Assembly (NCBI GenBank): GCA_026625185.1
Contig: CP113000.1
Coordinates: forward strand, 2,742,651-2,774,650
Reading direction: 5' to 3'
DNA length: 32,000 nt
Origin: Thermodesulfobacteriota bacterium
GTDB lineage: Bacteria; Desulfobacterota; WTBG01; JAGOGO01
Shown: in pieces, positions 16,563 through 23,416 of the stretch
Layout of the letters: every line of letters begins with the position of its first letter
Numbering within the stretch: position 1 is the first letter of the stretch
Translations under genes and position numbers: made by a program
Notes under the pieces: generated by a model
What the model saw: only the letters and a program-made list of their open reading frames with translations
Told to the model about the DNA's origin: nothing
The model's database searches: none

Positions 16563-17246
16563 TCAGGGTGCAAGAGAAACTTTCTCCCACGTGCCGTTAT
16601 TTAAAACATAGTGCTCCCTTTGATGAATCCAGTCGAACCTTCCTTCCCAGAATTCTATTTTTTCAGGGACCAGGCAATACCCGCCCCAAGAGTCCGGACA
16701 GGGGATGGTTTTTCCCTTATAACGACTCTTGATCTGATTCACCTTTTCCACCATTTCCTCCCTTCCGCGGATAATACTGCTCTGCGTGACTGCGGCCGAA
16801 GCAGCTTGGTTTTCCCGGTTGCGGGCTTTCCAGTAAGCCTCTGCCTCTTCACGGGAAAGCTTTAGGACCATGCCATCGATGCGGACTTGGCGCGGAGGAA
16901 AATGCCAGTAAAAAACCAAGACCGCCGACGGGTTGGCAGCCAACTCTTTCCCCTTTTTGCTTTCATAGTTTGTGTAAAAGGAAAACCCGCCTTGAGCAAT
17001 CCCCTTAAATAGAACGGATCTGGCGGCAGGCCTGTTTTCGGGTGTTACGGTTGCCAGGGTGGCAATGTCCGGCCAGAGGAGGTTTGACCAGGGAAAAACT
17101 GCCGACAGCAGCCGCCTGATAACCTGTACCCCCCATGAGATCACCCGTTTTTTCGAAAATAAGCCACTTCCACCCGTTTGGGCCTCCTCATACCATTTGA
17201 GAAATAGTGCTATGGGGTCCGGCGTTGCGGAATCATTCCTTTCCAC
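16563..17246 (-). CDS. pdxH: pyridoxamine 5'-phosphate oxidase
   Basis: 227 aa. It has FYTNYESKKGKELAANP, a RQVRIDG motif region and the C-terminal EFWEGR...R.HQR pattern typical of PdxH. It uses a GTG start after GAGGA. Confidence 0.9.
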   Translation of the reverse strand: MERNDSATPDPIALFLKWYEEAQTGGSGLFSKKRVISWGVQVIRRLLSAVFPWSNLLWPDIATLATVTPENRPAARSVLFKGIAQGGFSFYTNYESKKGKELAANPSAVLVFYWHFPPRQVRIDGMVLKLSREEAEAYWKARNRENQAASAAVTQSSIIRGREEMVEKVNQIKSRYKGKTIPCPDSWGGYCLVPEKIEFWEGRFDWIHQREHYVLNNGTWEKVSLAP

Positions 17247-17295
17247 ATTGTCCTCAATAAAACCTGATAAAGAACATTTACGGTGCTGTGATAAT

Positions 17296-17400
17296 TGCTA
17301 ACACGCGCCTATAACCCGCAAGCAACCAATGCCACAGACTGCCGGGCAAAACCAGTGAGCTTGCCCCGTGGTTCCTTGTCAGGTTGATTCGCGGTTAGCC
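17296..17400 (-). other. attC-like site A (105 nt) after the tautomerase ORF
   Basis: In minus sense it reads GGCTAAC (17400-17394) ... GTTAGCA (17302-17296). Hand-folded helices are GCTAAC/GTTAGC, CGCG/CGCG, ATAACC/GGTT(g)AT, CAAGcAACCA/TGGTTcCTTG and GGGCAA/TTGCCC. The boxes deviate by 1-2 nt from consensus. Confidence 0.6.
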
Positions 17401-17420
17401 CTTGCGTTGAGACAGTACAA

Positions 17421-17639
17421 CTACTGGCGTGCCCGCAGCTGCTTCACATCGTCGGTAGACAGCGTTTTGCCGCCCATTCCCCAGTCACCACTTTTAATTT
17501 CCTCAATGATGACGACCGTTTTTTCTCGCAGGTTTTCGCCCTCCAAAGTTACCATCGCTTCGGTGACCTTCTCGATCATCCGTTGTTTCTCGTCGCCCGA
17601 GAAAACGCCCTCAATCACTTTGATCGTTACTAGTGGCAT
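17421..17639 (-). CDS. 4-oxalocrotonate tautomerase family enzyme
   Basis: The ATG at 17639 follows AAGGAGGTGA. MPLVTIKV... has the catalytic Pro1. The 72-aa beta-alpha-beta monomer size is typical of 4-OT. Confidence 0.85.
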   Translation of the reverse strand: MPLVTIKVIEGVFSGDEKQRMIEKVTEAMVTLEGENLREKTVVIIEEIKSGDWGMGGKTLSTDDVKQLRARQ

Positions 17640-17685
17640 GTTGATCACCTCCTTTCTCGCGTTGAGATCAGTCAGTCTTTGAGAC

Positions 17686-17757
17686 GGCTAACGAAAAGCT
17701 CAGCCGCGCGCGACTGGCGGCACGCCGTAGCGCGTCGGCTGCAGCGCCATGTTAGGC
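17686..17757 (-). other. attC-like site B (72 nt) after the hydrolase ORF
   Basis: In minus sense it reads GCCTAAC (17757-17751) ... GTTAGCC (17692-17686). Helices are GCT/AGC, CAGCCG/CGGCTG, CGCGC/GCGCG and GGCG/CGCC, with single unpaired bases at 17742 and 17735 and a 3-nt loop. Confidence 0.7.
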
Positions 17758-17782
17758 GTCGCCTCCCCTTGCAAGCTTGCAC

Positions 17783-18565
17783 TCAGGCGAGGCTGCGTCG
17801 GATTTCTGCAACCACGTGGTCTGGGGCCGCGTGCACCGCGAGGTGGCCTTGTCCTTCGAGGATTCGAACCTCCGCTTTGCGCAACGCCGACTTGTATGCA
17901 CTCGCAATCTCCATCTGAAATTGGGGGCTGGCGCCACCAACGAGAAACGTAGTGGGGCAAGTGACATTGCGCAGCCTGCTCATGTCGAACTTCAAATTCA
18001 CTAGTGCTTCTAATTCCCTTGGTATTGTATTTGCCAGCGCGACACGCCTTGGCCACGCTGGAAGGGCGCGCATCTGAGCGATGTCCTCAGGCGCCACACT
18101 CAGAAGGATGGACAAGAAGCTGCACAGGGCCTCTTCATTCTTGCCTACCGCTAATAGAGGGAGCATCTCGTTTCGCAGTGCTTCGGGCCAATAGGGCAAT
18201 GCGCCGGGCAATGGTGGCTCGTACGCCACAATTCGCCGGACGTTTCGTGTCAGTAGGGCAGCCTCCAGCGCACAGAGAGCACCAAATGAGTGACCTACAA
18301 CGTCAACTGGCTCTCCGATGCTATCGATAAGCCCCGCAAGGTCGGAGAATTCCTTCTCTATCTCGTATTCCGGGTGGTCGCCACTATCTCCCCGCCCGCG
18401 ACGATCCATGCTCAGAACGCGGTGGGCGTTCGCGAGTGCCGGGACCACTGGCAACCAGGAAGTGGAGTCGACGCTAGTCCCATGCACAAGTATTAAGGGA
18501 CTGCCACTCCCGAATGGCGTGCAGCCGATCGCCGTGCCGTCACTCGCTCGGTATGAGATGGTCAT
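17783..18565 (-). CDS. alpha/beta hydrolase
   Basis: Track ORF 17783..18640. The ATG at 18565 follows AAGGAGA. It has HGTSVDSTSW (oxyanion region) and VVGHSFGA (nucleophile elbow). The gene is GC-rich; single 60-nt lines hand-count at 55% and 75% GC. Confidence 0.85.
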   Translation of the reverse strand: MTISYRASDGTAIGCTPFGSGSPLILVHGTSVDSTSWLPVVPALANAHRVLSMDRRGRGDSGDHPEYEIEKEFSDLAGLIDSIGEPVDVVGHSFGALCALEAALLTRNVRRIVAYEPPLPGALPYWPEALRNEMLPLLAVGKNEEALCSFLSILLSVAPEDIAQMRALPAWPRRVALANTIPRELEALVNLKFDMSRLRNVTCPTTFLVGGASPQFQMEIASAYKSALRKAEVRILEGQGHLAVHAAPDHVVAEIRRSLA

Positions 18566-18609
18566 ATCGTGTGTCTCCTTGAGATGTCTGGGAAGAAGCC
18601 GATCTCGAC

Positions 18610-18744
18610 GCCTAACGCTAAGCTGAGTGACGAGTGTCACTGAATCGCACTCGTTTACTCAAAAACTGTTTTGCACTACTCAAACTGACAACATGCCAGA
18701 AAAGCGTCCTGTGGCACTCGTTCAACTCCAGCGCGTTGTTAGAT
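18610..18744 (-). other. attC-like site C (135 nt) after the nuclease ORF
   Basis: In minus sense it reads ATCTAAC (18744-18738, 3 nt after the stop) ... GTTAGGC (18616-18610). CTAAC/GTTAG pair at the termini. A 15-bp helix joins 18622-18636 to 18715-18732, with three single-base bulges. Confidence 0.65.
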
Positions 18745-18747
18745 GAT

Positions 18748-19254
18748 TTATAAATCAATACCCAGTACGTATATAGGCACTTGAATCGCACTCTTAAAAT
18801 GGGGCAAGTAGCGAGTTACTTTTTCAAAGCTCAAGCTACCATCCCAGTTTTGTTTATATTCTTTGCTCATCTTTTTTTGAAATGCCCTTGTTGTAGTTAT
18901 ATAAACACCGACATCAATTTTATCTAAACCTGAATATGATGCAACCTGAAATTTCAGTATATCAATGCCAATGAACGAAGAATGACCGAACTCTACTTCA
19001 ACCCCGACTCGTCCCTTCATAAAATCCATCCTTGCAGAAGGGTCACCTTGTTCATCAAAAACCGCTGGCTGAGCCTCCCAACCTTGAGCCTGAAATAATT
19101 GATCCAATATCTCGTTAAATCTTGGTCTGGACAGTTCAGATATATTAATTGATGGATTAGTCAATATCTGCTCTATTTCTTGTTTTATTGCTAACTGGCT
19201 ATTTAATACCTGTTCAGCAAATCGAAAAGAAAATGTCTGCAAGCGAATGGTCAT
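18748..19254 (-). CDS. BglII/BstYI/BamHI-fold type II restriction endonuclease-like protein (no adjacent methyltransferase)
   Basis: 168 aa. From memory of BglII, VLNSQLAIKQEIEQIL resembles ILNPQLWKEIEETLL, and RMDFMKGRVGVEVEFG resembles DIDFGKRDTLVEVQFS (a D77-x8-E86-x-E88 catalytic pattern). VGVYITT...GSL...VPIYVLGI resembles VAIIITK...SSL...VPIRLVGL. The gene is AT-rich (one line hand-counts at 30% GC). Confidence 0.65.
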   Translation of the reverse strand: MTIRLQTFSFRFAEQVLNSQLAIKQEIEQILTNPSINISELSRPRFNEILDQLFQAQGWEAQPAVFDEQGDPSARMDFMKGRVGVEVEFGHSSFIGIDILKFQVASYSGLDKIDVGVYITTTRAFQKKMSKEYKQNWDGSLSFEKVTRYLPHFKSAIQVPIYVLGIDL

Positions 19255-19413
19255 ATTATTTTATTCCTTCATCTAACATTGATTATATGTATCTCGACTA
19301 AGAACCCAAACGACGCAAAAATTGCTATATAAGAAACTATAAAATACTTTATTTTTTGGTTCTAACTATTTATTATTTTTATTTAATCAAACTAAAGATC
19401 ACTTCTTCAGTTA

Positions 19414-19441
19414 TTGTCTTATACAGATCAATATAAGACAA
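19414..19441 (+). repeat. 10-bp inverted repeat TTGTCTTATA/TATAAGACAA followed by T6 (terminator-like on + strand)
   Basis: The stem is 19414-19423/19432-19441 with loop CAGATCAA, followed by CTTTTTTAT. No plus-strand gene lies upstream. Confidence 0.35.
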
Positions 19442-19483
19442 CTTTTTTATCAGCCATGCAAAGCCCACCGGGAACATCCTTCG

Positions 19484-19519
19484 GGTATTAAACAACGCAA
19501 AATCGGATTGTTTAATACC
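19484..19519. repeat. perfect 12-bp inverted repeat GGTATTAAACAA ... TTGTTTAATACC with 12-nt loop
   Basis: Hand-checked complementarity between 19484-19495 and 19508-19519. No flanking T-run on either strand. Confidence 0.6.
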
Positions 19520-19543
19520 TTAAAAACACAACCGGATTCTTAC

Positions 19544-19584
19544 ACACCCCGTCACCTTGTGAAACCCCCCTCAAGGGATTTGTC
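19544..19584 (+). repeat. dispersed hairpin repeat family 1, copy 2
   Basis: ACACCCCGTCACCTTGTGAAACCCCCCTCAAGGGATTTGTC aligns with 5927-5970 in the same orientation and keeps the potential for both hairpins. Confidence 0.6.
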
Positions 19585-19632
19585 TATATTCTTGGTTTTT
19601 GGGACATGTTGCAACATCCCCTACATTGGACC

Positions 19633-19678
19633 CAAAACAAAAAAAGGCCCATCGCCCTTAAATCCGGCGATTCGGCCT
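19633..19678 (-). terminator. rho-independent terminator downstream of the DHH-CBS-PAP gene
   Basis: In minus sense it reads AGGCC-GA-ATCGCC-(9-nt loop)-GGCGAT-G-GGCCT followed by TTTTTTTGTTTTG. The stem totals 11 bp (19645-19656/19666-19678). Confidence 0.6.
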
Positions 19679-19866
19679 TATATTGTATCTCATCAGTCAT
19701 TAAAATTCTTCCCACCAAAGACACCCTATTCCATTTTATCACTTATATTTTTTGGGGTTGATATTTTCTGTTTTTTTTAATACTAACCAATTAGAAAGTC
19801 AATAAAAAAAGAAATTGCTATTTTGTCATGCTTCGACAAGTTCACCATGCCAGATCTGGATTATTC

Positions 19867-22491
19867 TTATAGAAAATGCTGTTTAATGAAACTAATCTCG
19901 TCCTCCCGGGTTTTTATTTTTCCGTCCAAACGGGCCCTTAAAAGGCTCTGGAATGCCTGCTTGTATACCCTTCCGGGCGGAAGGCCCATTTTTTTTAAAT
20001 CTTCGCCAGTGAGGAGCGCTCCGGTAAACCGCAGGCGGGTTATATAATTTGAAATCGCCTTTTTTATGGATTGGTGAGAAGTATTCGCCATAAGGTAAAG
20101 CAAGGCTTCCACTGATAAACGGTTGAGAAGTTCGAAAATGGTGCTGTCTTTAAGGGATTTCTGTTCCTGAAGCTTTTTTAAAGTGCTTTTTGCCTGGCAA
20201 CGCTCTGCCAAAACCTTCTTGCTTTCTTTTTTGAGAAAAAAAAGTTTTCGGCTTAAATTTAAAAATTCTTCATCGTTTAAACCGTCAAACATTCCTAAAA
20301 AATAAACAAGCCATTTCCCCAAGGTTTCATTGAGAAACAAAAGCTCAAACCAGGTAAAAACTTCATTAATCGATTCCAGTAAGTCCATAAGACCCGAATC
20401 ATATTTAATCGCGGGGTGAAAAAATTTTAGGAGTTCGAAATCGGCCATCCGCTTGATAAGCGCCGGTGGATTATCTTCCTCTAATATAAGTTCCAATTCC
20501 CCGAAAATCCTGCTTCCCGATAAACGATGGGGGATGTCCATTTTTACGGCATTGCGGATTAAGTTGGCGGTTTCTTTGCTCAAACAAAAACCAAAGCGCT
20601 GTTCAAACCGCAAGGCCCGGAAGATGCGGGTTGGATCTTCAACAAAACTCAAACTGTGAATTACTTTAATGACCCGCTTTTTAATATCCCTCTGTCCGCC
20701 AAAAAAATCGATCATTTCACCGAAATGCCCAGGATTTAAACGAATCGCTAAGGTATTAATGGTAAAATCCCTTCGGTATAAGTCCTGATGAATGGAACTG
20801 AGTTCAACCTTCGGAAGTGCGGCCGGCGACTCATAGTATTCCCGACGTGCGGAAGCAACATCAATTTTGAATCCTTGAGGAGTTCTTATTTGAGCAGTGC
20901 CGAATTTGCGGTGGTATTTGGCAACAAAATTATCACGGGAAGATAAATATTTCGCGAATTTTATTCCTTCTCCCTCAATCACTAAATCAAGGTCTAAATT
21001 TTTTCGACGCAGCAACAGATCCCGCACAAAACCACCCACTGCAAATGCTTGAAAATTCATTTTTTCGGCAACGGTTCCTGCTTTTTCCATAAATTCCAGC
21101 ATCGAGCGCGGCAGCTGTTCTTCCATTAACGAAAGAAGCTTTTTCTCTTTTACTTGAGAAAGATCATAATCAAAACTGTACACCTTTTTCGTCAGTTCTC
21201 TTTGTCCGAGACTCAAAACCCGAAGCACATCAGTGCGGGTAATTACTCCTACTAACTTTCCCGCTTTGAGGATCGGCAAAAAACCTTGACTCTGTTCCAC
21301 GATAATTTTTTGGATTTCAGCCCAGGAGGTATACAGTTTGGCTTTAGAAAATTCGGTAACCATATAGTCTTTGACCAGCAGGTTCTCCAGGTTGTGAGAA
21401 ATTGCCTTCTCAATAACCGGCCGGGAAATAAGTCCGATCAGTTTGCCGTCGTCCATTACCGGCAACGTGCTTAATTGAAAGCGCGTTATGATTTCACCGG
21501 CCGCTTTGATCGGATCATGAGCGTTTATCGTGAGGACCGGGGAAGACATAATATCCCTGGCGGTTTTTAGGGGATTGGTTTCCCGTTTGAGGATCTGTTT
21601 GAGTTTTTCTTCAACCTGGGGTAGCGAACAGTTCTTGATGGTGGCGGAAGCAGCTGTCGGGTGCCCTCCCCCTCCAAATTCTTTCGCGATTTTACTTACG
21701 TCGACTTCGTTCAGCCGACTTCGGGCGACCACGTAAATCCGGTCATGCATCTCAGCCAAGGCAAAAAGCACATTGATATTTTCCATATCCCTGAGCTTAT
21801 GAACCAAAATAGCAAAATCGCTGATGTATTTGTCGGATGAAGCTTTCGCGATAACTACATCAATTCCGTTAATCGTGTGGACCGTGGCCGTATGAACCAG
21901 CTCGTAAAGAAGAGAAATCTGTTCAGCAGTTAGTTCTTTAGTCACCATATCAGAAACAATATTAAGGTTAGCCCCTTTTTTCAGAAGAAAGGCGGCAGCC
22001 AGAAAGTCTTCTTCGGTGGTTGAAGAAAAAGTGAGACTTCCGGTGTCCTCATAAATCCCCATCATCAATATGGTTGCTTCATCGGAAGTGATCTCGATAT
22101 TTTGTTCCTTAAGGATCTGACAAAGGATGGTCGTTGTAGCGCCGACTTCTTTTATCACTTCAACTGAGCCGGAAATGTCATTTTCTGAAGCCGGGTGGTG
22201 GTCGTAAATGTGGATATCTAATCCAGGCTTTTGCAAGATCTCTTTAAATTTTCCGATTCGGTCTTTTTGCCGAATATCCACTAAAATAAGCCGGGTGACT
22301 TTATTAAAGTCAATTTTTTTTATTCGCTCGGTTTGGAGAACGTAGATCGTGGATTGAAGAAAAAAATCCCGCAGCCCCTTCTCCTGTGAACCAGGGAAGG
22401 CGAGTAACGCATGGGGGTAAAGTTTTTTTGCCGCCATCATTGAAGCGACAGAATCAAAATCAGCATTAATATGGGTGGTAATAACTTCCAT
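19867..22491 (-). CDS. DHH/DHHA1 phosphoesterase - tandem CBS - poly(A) polymerase/CCA-adding nucleotidyltransferase fusion protein
   Basis: 874 aa. It has the DHH motifs (DFDSVAS, IYDHHP), the DHHA1 motif GGGGHPTAA and two CBS domains. The class II nucleotidyltransferase head is then present (VGGFVRDLLLRRKNLDLDLV, RDFTINTLA). Confidence 0.85.
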   Translation of the reverse strand: MEVITTHINADFDSVASMMAAKKLYPHALLAFPGSQEKGLRDFFLQSTIYVLQTERIKKIDFNKVTRLILVDIRQKDRIGKFKEILQKPGLDIHIYDHHPASENDISGSVEVIKEVGATTTILCQILKEQNIEITSDEATILMMGIYEDTGSLTFSSTTEEDFLAAAFLLKKGANLNIVSDMVTKELTAEQISLLYELVHTATVHTINGIDVVIAKASSDKYISDFAILVHKLRDMENINVLFALAEMHDRIYVVARSRLNEVDVSKIAKEFGGGGHPTAASATIKNCSLPQVEEKLKQILKRETNPLKTARDIMSSPVLTINAHDPIKAAGEIITRFQLSTLPVMDDGKLIGLISRPVIEKAISHNLENLLVKDYMVTEFSKAKLYTSWAEIQKIIVEQSQGFLPILKAGKLVGVITRTDVLRVLSLGQRELTKKVYSFDYDLSQVKEKKLLSLMEEQLPRSMLEFMEKAGTVAEKMNFQAFAVGGFVRDLLLRRKNLDLDLVIEGEGIKFAKYLSSRDNFVAKYHRKFGTAQIRTPQGFKIDVASARREYYESPAALPKVELSSIHQDLYRRDFTINTLAIRLNPGHFGEMIDFFGGQRDIKKRVIKVIHSLSFVEDPTRIFRALRFEQRFGFCLSKETANLIRNAVKMDIPHRLSGSRIFGELELILEEDNPPALIKRMADFELLKFFHPAIKYDSGLMDLLESINEVFTWFELLFLNETLGKWLVYFLGMFDGLNDEEFLNLSRKLFFLKKESKKVLAERCQAKSTLKKLQEQKSLKDSTIFELLNRLSVEALLYLMANTSHQSIKKAISNYITRLRFTGALLTGEDLKKMGLPPGRVYKQAFQSLLRARLDGKIKTREDEISFIKQHFL

Positions 22492-22498
22492 AACTGTT

Positions 22499-23413
22499 TT
22501 AAGCTCGTGGATGATACTGTTTATGGATCTTTTTTAATCGCTCTTGAGTGATGTGAGTATAAATTTGCGTGGTGGCAATATCAACATGACCAAGCATAAT
22601 CTGCACGCTTCTTAAATCAGCCCCCCGTTCTAAAAGATGCGTGGCAAAAGAATGGCGGAGCGTATGGGGCGATAATTTCTTATTGATGCCGGCTTTTAAA
22701 GCATACCGTTTAAGCATCTTCCAGAATCCTTCCCGGGAAAATTTTTTACCTGAGGGGTTTAAAAACAGGAATGGACTTGTCATTCCTTTCCTGTGCTTTT
22801 GCCGGGCGGTCGCAAGGTATTCCTTCAGATAATGTTTAGCCGTGTCTCCCAAAGGGATTATCCTTTCCTTTGAACCCTTGCCAAAAGCAATTATATATCC
22901 AACCTCCAAATTAATGCTCGTGAGTTTGAGGTTGACTAATTCCGAAACCCGAACTCCGGTTGCATACAGAAGTTCAAGCATGGTGCGATCACGAAGTCCT
23001 CTTATTGTTTTAACATCCGGCTGGGAGAGCAAAGAATCCACCTCAACGACATTTAAAACCGAGGGAAGGTTTGGCCGGATCTTCGGTGATTCGATGTTTA
23101 TAGAAGGGTCCACATCTAAATGACCTTCCTGCACTAAAAATTTAAAAAACGTCCGCACCGCGGAAAGATTTCTACCCGTGCTTTTGCTTGAAAGTCCTTG
23201 AGATTTAACCTCAACCAGAAAAGACATGATGTCTAAATTCGTTAGGTGAAATACTTCAGTGCGATTGTTTTTTTCAAGATAGGTGATAAATTTCTGCAAG
23301 TCCCGGCTGTAGCTTTCGATCGTGTTTTTAGAAAGGCCTTTTTCAACCATCAGATAATTTAAAAAATTATCAAGGTACGCATCCACTGAATTTTGAGAAG
23401 GGTGCTTTTTCAT
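22499..23413 (-). CDS. xerD: site-specific tyrosine recombinase XerD
   Basis: 304 aa. The N-terminus is XerD-like (LDNFLNYLMVEKGLSKNTIESYSRDLQKF). Catalytic R...HTLRHSFATHLL...LGHVDIATTQIYTH are present, and the protein ends YHPRA. Confidence 0.85.
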   Translation of the reverse strand: MKKHPSQNSVDAYLDNFLNYLMVEKGLSKNTIESYSRDLQKFITYLEKNNRTEVFHLTNLDIMSFLVEVKSQGLSSKSTGRNLSAVRTFFKFLVQEGHLDVDPSINIESPKIRPNLPSVLNVVEVDSLLSQPDVKTIRGLRDRTMLELLYATGVRVSELVNLKLTSINLEVGYIIAFGKGSKERIIPLGDTAKHYLKEYLATARQKHRKGMTSPFLFLNPSGKKFSREGFWKMLKRYALKAGINKKLSPHTLRHSFATHLLERGADLRSVQIMLGHVDIATTQIYTHITQERLKKIHKQYHPRA

Positions 23414-23416
23414 AAC

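Larger units (their letters stand above)
17296..19277 (-). mobile_element. integron-type gene cassette array (3 cassettes, no integrase in window; CALIN-like)
   Basis: There are three ORF-plus-palindrome units of 661, 924 and 390 bp in the same orientation. Each has terminal RYYYAAC/GTTRRRY-type boxes. The first 6 nt of each unit complement its own downstream box. Details are in the findings. Confidence 0.7.

Noticed and set aside
16324-17295. pdxH (and the exonuclease) as possible fourth and fifth cassettes following GTTAGCA at 17302-17296.
   Set aside because: No GTTAGCA or other box and no long palindrome lies downstream of pdxH in 16324-16562. pdxH is a core gene with backbone-like composition.
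17857-17873. CGAGGATTCGAACCTCC, whose reverse complement looks like a tRNA T-arm (GGTTCGAATCC).
   Set aside because: It lies within the well-supported hydrolase CDS. No acceptor, D or anticodon arms can be built around it.
17679-18640. A dense set of overlapping ORFs on both strands (for example 17700..18056, 17749..17952, 18004..18330, 18318..18626).
   Set aside because: They lie inside or antisense to the GC-rich hydrolase cassette and its attC-like site. Long stop-free frames are expected at this GC content. None has a recognisable motif or a Shine-Dalgarno sequence.
19508-19780. A 90-aa ORF in the gene-free region.
   Set aside because: It starts within the 12-bp inverted repeat and reads through repeat family 1 and the terminator. 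It is low-complexity with no SD.
22499-23413. A tyrosine recombinase 3 kb from the cassette array, considered as the missing integron integrase.
   Set aside because: Its N-terminus, 304-aa length and YHPRA C-terminus are XerD-like. It has no room for the IntI-specific insertion. It lies on the same strand as the cassettes and is separated from them by another gene and a terminator.
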